A DNA stretch of 64,000 nt from NCBI GenBank assembly GCA_964035545.1, contig OZ037766.1:31982773-32046772 (forward strand), written 5' to 3'. The notes beneath the pieces were generated by a model. It did no database searches. It was not told where the DNA came from and saw only the letters and a program-made list of their open reading frames with translations. The translations under genes and the position numbers were made by a program. This document shows positions 49,801 to 60,059 of the stretch, piece by piece. This DNA is from Bugula neritina. Lineage: Eukaryota > Animalia > Bryozoa. Position 1 is the first letter of the stretch, and each line of letters begins with the position of its first letter.

Positions 49801-52800
49801 TGAGAGGGAAGTCGTCTTTCCCTACTTCAAGGCAGTTTCCATATTTCCCATTTTTTCTAGTGTATTCTGTCTATAATATGTTATAATGTACAGTATAATA
49901 TAATAGCATAGCCTAACATATGAATGATAAAACATAACATAATGCAATATGAAGATAATATAATATATAGTATAATACAATACGCCGAACATAACATAAT
50001 TTGATATTTTTGGCATCATGAATTATAACACATTTAATAACATTTAGCCCAGTTTGACATAGCCTTTTCATGCCCATGTAACATTTATTACAATATATAC
50101 GTGGGCGATACAAAATACTATAGGATAGCATAATTCAATAACTTATAGCTATGTTGAAATATAATATAATTATATATCTTATGATATGAATATATAATTA
50201 TCTAATATTATTTACTATAATAAAATAAAATGATTATATTGTTGCAACATGAAAATAAATATACTACAAAACAAAACTCACACCAGTTTATAGTCCCCAT
50301 CACTGTGGGAAACCCCTGATGGAAGGAGTTTTGTTAAATAGGGGCTGAGGACTTATTCAGATGGGGCACAGGAGCAATTATGACTGGATGCTCTTCCTAA
50401 CATCACCAATAGCCTTTGTCGGGGTTCGAACTCATGACTTCCTGTTTACTAGGCAAAAGTTCTAACCCCTAGACCACGGCTCCTCCCTTGCTATATTTAT
50501 ACTATAATACAGTAATATGATTATTCTATAATATATCAATATAAAAGAAAAAAAATTGCTGAATATTAGGATCAGAGTTTAGCTCAAACTAAAATCCTAC
50601 CCTTTTGACGGCTAGCCTTGTACGAGTGTTGGGGGCGACAGTGATACCCCCATCTTCAGGGAACGGCATCTCTTCAGGATCGTGTACAAGTATTTTGACT
50701 CCGGAAGCTTCCGTCAGATACGGGACGTAGTCATACTGCTGGATGTTCAACAGCATAACCAACCCTAAATCATGATGTCTACAGTATAGTATGTATACTA
50801 AACACAATGATGTCTACAGTATAGTATGTATACTAAACACAATGATGTCTACAGTATATTATGTAGACTAAACACAATGATGTCTACAGTATATTATGCA
50901 GACTAAACACACTGATGTCTACAGTGTAGCATGTATACTAAACACACTGATGTCTACAGTATATTATGCAGACTAAACACACTGATGTCTACAGTATAGT
51001 ATGTAGACTAAACACACTGATGTCTACAGTATAGTATGTAGACTAAACACACTGATGTCTACAGTATAGTATGCAGACTAAACACACTGACGTCTACAGT
51101 GTAGCATGTATACTAAACACACTGATGTCTACAGTGTAGCATGTATACTAAACACACTGATGTCTACAGTATAGTATGTATACTAAACACACTGATGTCT
51201 ACAGTATAGTATGTAGACTAAACACACTGATGTCTACAGTATAGTATGTAGACTAAACACAATGATGTCTACAGTATAGTATGTATACTAAACACAATGA
51301 TGTCTACAGTGTAGCATGTATACTAAACACACTGATGTCTACAGTGTAGCATGTCTACTAAACACACTGATGTCTACAGTATAGTATGTATACTAAACAC
51401 ACTGATGTCTACAGTATAGTATGTCTACTAAACACACTGATGTCTACAGTATAGTATGTAGACTAAACACACTGACGTCTACAGTATAGTATGCAGACTA
51501 AACACACTGATGTCTACAGTGTAGTATGTAGACTAAACACACTGACGTCTACAGTATAGTATGCAGACTAAACACACTGATGTCTACAGTATAGTATGTA
51601 TACTAAACACACTGATGTCTACAGTATAGTATGTAGACTAAACACACTGACGTCTACAGTATAGTATGCAGACTAAACACACTGACGTCTACAGTATAGT
51701 ATGCAGACTAAACACACTGATGTCTACAGTGTAGTATGTAGACTAAACACACTGACGTCTACAGTATAGTATGCAGACTAAACACACTGATGTCTACAGT
51801 ATAGTATGTATACTAAACACACTGATGTCTACAGTATAGTATGTAGACTAAACACACTGATGTCTACAGTATAGTATGTAGACTAAACACAATGATGTCT
51901 ACAGTATAGTATGTATACTAAACACACTGATGTCTACAGTGTAGTATGTATACTAAACACACTGATGTCTACAGTATAGTATGCAGACTAAACACACTGA
52001 TGTCTACAGTGTAGCACGGTAATTGATGTCTACTCGAGGTTTGTCCGCTTACCGTACTCGGCACCTGCCCTCACAGAACTGGATTTGTTGGAGTCACTAA
52101 AATGGTTGAAGGTGAAGCAGTTGCCGTGGTACGGGTTGAAGAAGTGGACAAAGTCATCGGCCACGTCCTCGTAGTTGAAGTCCGCCCACTGGACTAAACT
52201 CTCGAACTGGTGGCCCAGCTGGAACTTGATGTAGTCGTCCTCCAGTAGCGCGTATTCTAGAATGTTATAGAATATTCTAGAATATAGTTTTATACCTGCT
52301 TACTACCATTCTATGAGAATTATCTCAACTGACTACTACCATTCTATAGAAATACTATCAACTATCTTTTCACTCTTTATAGAAGGGTGCTATTTGTTTA
52401 AAATATTATATTACTTAACATTACACTAAACAACAATATAATACAATATTACATACCACAGTAGCAAAATCTATTACTTAAAGAGATAGCTAGAAGTTGC
52501 TGTGAAAAATCAATTTCAATTACTCAAGTCCTTAGAGCCAAGGCAAAATGACGGAATAACTCGGGTTTAATTTACCAATTTACCATCTCAACATGCTGCA
52601 GCAACTCTTCATATACTAAGAATTCATACATATGGAAGATGTTGGAAAAGCGGTTGTAAAGACCCTACAAGCTATTAAAATACTTCTCAAATAACATCTA
52701 CTGGCTCGCAGCTAATAAAAGGAGAAACAATGAGAACTCTTTTGAATGCTAAAATGTTTGCTCTGAGTTGGATATTACTACACGCCTATGCGAAGAACAG

Positions 52801-54540
52801 CATATTATGTAATTAACGTTAAGTAAAGCTGTACGTACCGTAGGCCAGGTCTTCTAGTATATCATGTTTAGCCTGAGCTCTATCCTGCTTGTTTGAAGCA
52901 GTAGAGACAAGGGCGTTGAGGGCCGAGGTTATTGCGGAAGAACGGATCATGTTGTTATTGCAAATAGTGACAGCTGAAACAGACAAACCATTCAGAGTTT
53001 ATCAGAGTCAGGAAAGATTTCCGTCAGACACTGTTGAAGTAAATAAATTGAATTTAAAGCGTAATAATATTCCATAGTAAAGTGGTCAGAGGGTCCCAAA
53101 TATCAGTCGACCAACTTTAATATTTGATTATTTACACCAAAAATTATTTTATTTGATTAAAAATGACTTTATGATACAGAGTTGGTGTTAAAATAGTTTT
53201 ATGCAATAAACAAAGAGAATAAATAAAACAGAAGTTGGGTGAACATGACAAAACAAAGGAAAATAAAACGGTTCTGATACCAATGAAGTATTGTAGATTG
53301 TTGCAACTACGCCATAAATCTCTCAAACCAAATTTTAAGATTCTTGTATGAGTGAAAACACAGTTTAACGGACTCGCTAGTATATAAAAAACAAAAGATA
53401 GAATTTCTGACTAATGAAAGTTTTGGTAGGAATAAGTTTAAAACCCATGCCGACTGGCCACCCTATCCTCTTGCTTTGAGATTTTGTGATTCAATATATT
53501 GCTTTGTTTAATTTGTGCTTTAAAATAATTATAATGCAAAACCCTCAACTTCATTACACTTATTGTTTACTAGACTAGCTCAATAAGATGATCATAAACA
53601 CAAGGTGTCCCATTGAGCTAGGGGTTTGGGGTTTGACTATATCTAGTCAATTACTCAGAATATTCTGTAAAATAACGAACCTGGAAATGCAAGAGAGCGG
53701 ATGTCATTGTTGAGCTTGATGCCTGTAGATGTGTCAAACTTGATGAAGGCGGAGATCAACTGAAACAGGTGGAACGACAGCGCACCAACCGACAGCAGGG
53801 AGAGGATAAACCAGGCTGCTCTTTTACCTTTGCCTGAAACGATCCTAGCTACATGTACATGTCCCCTGACAGTGTTGACCCTAGCTAGATGTACGTGTCC
53901 CCTGACAGTGCCGAACCTAGTTAGATGTACGTGTCCCCTTACAGAGCTGATCCTAGCTAGATGTACGTGCCCCCTGACAGTGCTGATCCTAGCTATATGT
54001 ACATGGCCCCTGACAACGCTAATTCTAGCTAGATAATTACTCACTGGCTGCTCTGTATGTGTGTGGTATTCCATGAGAAGTTGTGTTGGCACAGAACGCT
54101 TGGCCAATCAGAGCTCCTGTTATATCTTCTTCGCTCACCTCTCCCACCAAATCCTAAGATACATAAAACATGGGCCATGAGATATAAAATATAAGATGTA
54201 CGTATATTGTATATGAGTTTGCTTGATATTTGAAGAGAACTTTATGTATATTATGGCCACCATGACACTTGACTAAACTAATATGTTGCAAACTGAAACT
54301 ACTTACAGCTGGTAAACTGAAACTACTTACAGCTGGTAAACTGAAACTACTTACAGCTGGCAAACTGAAACTACTTACAGCTGGTAAACTGAAACTACTT
54401 ACAGCTGGCAAACTGAAACTACTTACAGCTGGTAAACTGAAACTACTTACAGCTGGTAAACTGAAACTACTTACAGCTGGCAAACTGAAACCATACATTT
54501 TCACCCTAGCAGTGCGAGAGAGCGTCGGTTTGAGACTCAT
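46801..54540 (-). CDS. DEG/ENaC (amiloride-sensitive sodium channel family) subunit; 5' end uncertain
   Basis: Exons ~54540-54475 (start and donor uncertain), 54153-54045, 53833-53681, 52973-52839, 52256-52053, 50764-50601, 49870-49730, 49067-48965, 48813-48741, 48125-48068, 47757-47559, 46982-46801 (TGA). Motifs: FCANTTSHGIPH (HG motif), TM1, FPAVTICNNN, GNCFTFN, GVKILVH..PFPEDGG, Cys-rich thumb (YGNC, CEKSC, CGC, CEKCHEPC), WP, and TM2 SDLGGSLGLWVGWSMLTVFEFME. Confidence 0.92.
48213..48697. repeat. 22-bp minisatellite (CTATATCACTATACAGTGTRTA)n
   Basis: About 22 copies in DEG/ENaC intron 48126-48740. Confidence 0.95.
49182..49243. repeat. (GGTGAGGAA)n short tandem repeat
   Basis: 6-7 perfect copies. 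Confidence 0.9.
49570..49705. repeat. Degenerate ~29-33-bp repeat with core CCAATCACATGAGAGATA next to the donor of DEG/ENaC exon 49870-49730
   Basis: About 5 copies. Confidence 0.8.
50281..50487 (-). mobile_element. tRNA-derived SINE, possibly MetaSINE/MESC-domain type, in a DEG/ENaC intron
   Basis: Minus strand: Pol III A-box TGGTCTAGGGG (50476-50466) and B-box GAGTTCGAACCCC (50433-50421) at tRNA-like spacing. These are followed by GGTGATGTTAGGAAGAGCATCCAGTCATAA, which from memory resembles the GGAAGGGCATCC core of Meta/MESC SINEs. It is a GC-richer island in very AT-rich DNA. The 3' boundary is approximate. Confidence 0.7.
50773..52016. repeat. 35-bp minisatellite (TGATGTCTACAGTATAGTATGTAKACTAAACACAC)n filling a DEG/ENaC intron
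   Basis: About 35 copies, ending 8 nt from the acceptor of exon 50764. Confidence 0.97.
53836..54033. repeat. Diverged 39-bp repeat filling DEG/ENaC intron 53834-54044
   Basis: Five copies (minus: ..ACTGTCAGGGGACACGTACATCTAGCTAGGAT..). Confidence 0.9.
54290..54491. repeat. 24-bp minisatellite containing a 5' splice site (minus: CCAGCT|GTAAGTAGTTTCAGTTT)
   Basis: ACTTACAGCT at 54301, 54325, 54349, 54373, 54397, 54421, 54445 and 54469. Confidence 0.95.
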
Positions 54541-55644
54541 CTGCGTATCCTGTCGCTGAGTATACACAGCCTCTCCATATACTACAGACACACCGATAGA
54601 ACATTAAATGTGAAGAGATCAAATAAAACTATAACCCATGTTGTCACTTGTGTGAGTAGATTGGGGGGACACTTACCCAGCCCCTGATAATTTCAAAATA
54701 ATTTAAGAACAACAACGATATATAGTTTTACATCCTAACTCAAAATTAGCAACAACTGTGGAAAAGATAAATCCCAAAAAGAAAGCACCAGCAGGTTGTA
54801 ACATTATTCATCACCTCAAAAAAGAGTATTTTATATAAAACATATGAAAGTTCATCCCTAGCTGCTCTAAAGCCATTAATTATTCATATGTAATCCCATA
54901 AACAGGTTATTTGAGTTATATATTATAAGTATTGGCCAACACTTAGAAAAAAAGTTGAGATAAAAGCAATATTATTTACATGAATTACAGCTGTACAAGT
55001 AAGATTACTATTGCAAATCCATAAAATATTCATCAGCATTGAAATAAAGAAATTTGTGGATAAAAAGGCGTAAGGTTTGAGCATTATTTCTGACAGAAAA
55101 GTTTCAAATTAGCAATATATATAGAACAAAACTTGCAAAAAGCAAAATACTTATACTCATAGTATGCGAAATAGTATAATGATTATAGGAATGAAGATCG
55201 TGAAGTCAAAATTATATATTATACTAAAAGCCCTTGTACATAATATTATATATTATACTAAAAGCCCTTGTACATAATATTATATAATATACTAAAAGCC
55301 CTTGTACATAACATTATATATAAGTAGGCGTAACTACTTGCAAGTTTAGATAAAATTATCTACTATGCCATTAAGCAAACTGTTAAGGACATTTGGAAAA
55401 AAATATTTCAAGTAAAAAATATCAAAATATTGGTACAGAAATAGCTACATTGAACTAAGTAAAGACACTCTAATATACTATAAATAGCATATAATATACT
55501 ATAAATAACATATAATATACTATACTATAAATAACATATAATATAAGAACTCGTTAGAAACAATGTATGCCGTAGATAACAATAGAACAAATAAATAAAT
55601 ACTCTCACAATCTAGACCTTCTCTGACAGCAGGGTAAATTCAAT

Positions 55645-55895
55645 ACAGTACTAGTACTACAGTAATATAGTATTATGTATTGTAGTAATATAGTACTACA
55701 GTAATATAGTACTCTGTATTGTAGTAATATAGTACTAGCACTACAGTAATATAGTATTATGTATTGTAGTAATATAGTACTAGCACTACAGTAATATAGT
55801 ACTCTGTATTGTAGTAATATAGTACTAGCACTACAGTAATATAGTATTATGTATTGTAGTAATATAGTACTATGCATGGTAGTAATATAGTATTA
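55645..55895. repeat. ~45-bp compound minisatellite (GTACTAGCACTACAGTAATATAGTATTATGTATTGTAGTAATATA)
   Basis: About 5 copies. Confidence 0.88.
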
Positions 55896-56562
55896 CATAT
55901 GGTATTATATAATATGATTATATATGACAGTTTATTGCAAAGGTATGTTATCTAAATTTAGGTGTATATGTATACTCACATGTTTTAAGGATATATTACT
56001 ATACTTACCCCACAGCTAGCTCAGTAACTAACTTACCATTATAAAAACTAAAGTAAGTCAAAGTATACTCATTACATTGGAATCTAGACACTCTTTTAGA
56101 AACCAAATGACTTACTATTAGCAGTAGAATTGTTCATCTTCATAAATATTATTTCTCACAGCTGGTGGAATAACTCTAAACAGAGGCCATTACATCACAG
56201 TTCGGCCATAATCGTAGGCGAAGTTGTGTAAAACCAAAACCTAATAATGGGAGTTAGTCAGCAAAGGTGGCGTTTAATTTTTCAATATGTTCAACAATAG
56301 AAGCATTGAAGCATGTTCTGTGTGCATGTGAGAGTGTGATGTTAGTGGAGCTATTAGCATGAATTATTGATACCCATAGTCTTCAGACAATGCAGTTCCA
56401 TAACCCAAGTTAAATAAACACTCAACACGACAATAGTTACTGTTATGGATACGTATTATTAGCATATGCACCGGAGTTACGGCCCCTTGGGGTGTATGAC
56501 CATTGTATGCAGCTACTGCAGATTTTATAATAATGATAATTGACAACATTAGTGATAGCAGT

Positions 56563-56789
56563 ATTATATACCTACACTACTCTCATATTACAGTATAATA
56601 CATTATATACCTACAATATTGTCATATTATAGTATATTACATTATATACCTACAATATTGTCATATTACAGTATAATACATTATATACCTACACTACTCT
56701 CATATTACAGTATAATATATTATATACCTACACTACTCTCATATTACAGTATAATATATTATATACCTACAATATTCTCATATTACAGC
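56563..56789. repeat. 39-bp minisatellite (ATTATATACCTACACTACTCTCATATTACAGTATAATAC)
   Basis: About 6 copies between the DEG/ENaC gene and GPALPP1. Confidence 0.9.
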
Positions 56790-57283
56790 TTTAATTAATT
56801 TCTACATTTATTATTATAAAAAGTATACTACAGGCAAAGCGATGTATCATACATCGAAACTGGTTTTCAAAGAACTATAGTTTAAAACTTAATAGTCATC
56901 AACAGTCTGGTGGGTTAAATGGGAGACAGTAAACATTAGTTTTCTTGCAACTTTTTAGATCGGAAATAAAAATTTTCTTATGAACTAATAAAATAAGACT
57001 GGCATCAATTTTAGAATATAGTATGTAACGAATAACCTGATTGGTTACTGAGGAAACAGTTGTGCAATGAGCTGTCCACTTACTCAGAGCTTTCGAAGCA
57101 AATGATTGGACAAGGCCAACATTCTATCTCTTATTTGATTGGCCCAATTCATTCTAGAATATCCATCGCTTAGCTCACTTGAGTGGCCAACTTTAGAATA
57201 AGAAGTAGCATACATCTGATTGGCTACTCATTCTGACTCAGCAGCGGATTGGCTAATCTCATTTGTAACCGGATTGTGATTGG

Positions 57284-60043
57284 TTACTCGTATTTCTGGC
57301 TGCCGTGACCAAACCTCGAGTCCAACTGCGCTGCCTTCTTCATGATGCTCTTGCGTTGAGCCTCGTCAAATTTGTTGACCTGCATATCCGTCTCCCGGGA
57401 GAACGGCACTCTCTCTGCTGCACCGCCATTCTTCTCCTTCTCTTTCTTCTGCAACAAATAATTGCCTGCATAACATTTTCACAATTAACTAAGGAGGGGG
57501 AGGGGGTAGATGTCGTCCCTTATTTAAACTAGTTTATAGAGTTTTAGCAATGAGATATCATGATGTATTGAAAGAAATCGGGAAACTGGGTGATGCTAAC
57601 CTATACTAAACAAATTATTCTACAAATCAGAGAAATACAAAGGAGTATTATAAAACACTCTTTGACATTACGTAATGCCTTTATAAGACTGCATGCAGTT
57701 CTCATCATGAGATGATTTCTGTGATGCCTACATCAGTACAAGTCTATCAAATAAATTTTAAGCTTTTTTACAAATTAAAAAAAAGTTAGAAAACTCCAAA
57801 GATTAGGTCAAAAAATGTCACGTCATCTGCTAAGAATAAATGTACATACAGCAAAGTCTATTCTTACAAGATAAATATTGACTAAAAAGTTATTGGAGCA
57901 TTTGTTTATCCATATTGTGTTTTCCAATAGCTTGGTTGTAAATACAATCTTATAGAAGCGGTTTCACAGCACAAATTTTATTAGAGAACTGGGAGGAAAT
58001 TTCAACTTTATAGTCATTTGTGTTGAGTAACAACAGTTGTCATTGGCCGACAGAAATGGAAAAATATTATTACTTTTACATTCACAGCTCTATTGGTTAG
58101 CTACTCACCTTTTCCTTCTTCAATTTCTTCGTATGCATTTCCACAAGGGACTTCTGCCTTTTAGAATCCTTTGAAAACACAGGAAATAATATAATTAAAA
58201 TGAATAAAAACACAGTATAGAACCATACAATGAGCATCTTAAACTTGTAAAATATACATATAACTAACATTGAGACATAAACATTAGGCATAGGTCTGCA
58301 ATAACTTAGAATATACCAGAGGATATTATAATGTATCAGAGTATACGCAACCCAATCCTATTGAAGGGGTGAATATATAGATATAAAATAAAATATAGTT
58401 TTCTCATTATAATTATTTACACCATCGTCATTAAAACGTATTATTGGTAACTATTTGATGTTTTTATTAATTCTACTCAGTTGAGGAGAATTTAATGGCA
58501 ATGACTCTATCAGGTAGAAGTGTTTGACCAGTTACTTGCAATACCAAGTACACGTAATACAAACTAATTTCAATATTTGTAATATTTATAACTGAGAGCC
58601 TATATAAAGAAAGAAACAATAGTCAGTATAAAGGGCAGCTGTAACAACAATATCGCTCATGAGCAGCTTTTGAAACATCAAAGAACAAGAGATGATTACT
58701 CCACAACAAACTCACATTGTAGCTTTCCAGTCTCTCTGAAATTTGCTGATCTCTCAAGTTGAAGTTATCATAACTACGTTTGGTAGGTTCTTTGGAGTTG
58801 CTTACTTCTTTCTATAAAATTAGATGAAGCTTGCAGTATTCAGAATTGGAGTTTAGACTTGAGTTTAAGCTGTAGCGCCACAAGACAAACATTATTATGT
58901 AACATTTCCAACAGGCAACTGCAGAGTTAAAATGCTTTGAGAAATAAATTAGCAATATTACTGAGTTCTACGAGAAGCATAACTTCCTACAAGAAAAGCA
59001 GCTCTTAAAAAAATTACAGAGTTTATGTTGTAATCACATGTTTAAATCTTGCAGCAATATGAATTCTATTCAAGGCATGACATGGTCTAACATTTGGAGT
59101 TGTCAAAACTTATAGAATAATAAGGAGTTGTCTTCCAGTTGAATTTATACCTCTATATCACCTGGTGCTTTAGTCCAGGAACTATCCTGCTGAGGGGCTG
59201 CTTTAGTGCGGAAGGTACGAGCAGTTAGCCCTATATCCTGTGCCAAACCCACACTAGGTAAGGACATCATCCAATCCTCCCGACCTTTGGCTTGTGCTAA
59301 CTTTTCCTCCTAATACATATTACATGCATGCTCACAGTTGGTGATAACAAATAAATAAAACTACTTTGAGATGATTTAACTTGATATGATAAAAAATAGT
59401 TATAAATCATGCTTATTCAAATTAAAAAGTTGCATAAAACTTAATTTTACTTTAAAGGCACAAAAAATGGACAAGGTTTAACGAATGATAAATGACAAGT
59501 CAAATCACAGATAGCATGCTATCAATGCAATCTCATAAATCAATAATATATCAATACAAGACTGTTAATAGATCAATAATATATCAATACAAGACTGTTA
59601 ATAAATCAATAATATATCAATAAAATACCTCAGCCCTTTTCTTCTCTGCCTCCCAGCTTCTGTTCCTAGCAGCAAACTCTTCTGCCACATCATACCGAGC
59701 GTCTGCAGGTGCTGCCAGCTCCAGGGAGGGACCAACAAAGTCATCGTCCGAGCTATCTGCATACCACATATCTGTCATTAGCAAACTGAATCTTAGCTTC
59801 TAATACTAACATTGCTTACACTGCTTACAGCCTTTAACTACATAAACTGTAATTACCCTCTTCAGTGTTTGTCATATTCGCAGGACCCACAGCTTTGTCA
59901 GGCAGAGGATCTGATTGTTTGTCAATATTCTTTGTAACAGAGAATCCTGGGGGTAAGGCGGGGCAATACGCCTGCTTTTCCTCTTCATCAGTATCCTCTT
60001 TACTTGCTAAAAATCCAGGTGGAAGTGCTGGTCCAATACTCAT
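57284..60043 (-). CDS. GPALPP1: GPALPP motifs-containing protein 1
   Basis: Exons 60043-59857, 59756-59629, 59309-59151, 58811-58716, 58168-58109, 57448-57284 (TAA). Motifs: IGPALPPG and YCPALPPG, REDWMMSLP, ARTFR, SSWT, SLVEMH, R.PFSRETD...LDSRFGHG (DUF3752-like C terminus). Confidence 0.92.
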
Positions 60044-60059
60044 ATTCAATACAATAACC

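Noticed and set aside
50415-50487. Functional tRNA gene
   Set aside because: A and B boxes are present, but there is no pairing acceptor stem or T-run terminator, and the sequence continues into a SINE-like body.
53655-54107. ORF suggesting a DEG/ENaC N terminus with five His-rich 13-aa repeats
   Set aside because: The true HG-motif exon (FCANTTSHGIPH) is in another frame and splices over the repeat through gtgagt...tttcag.
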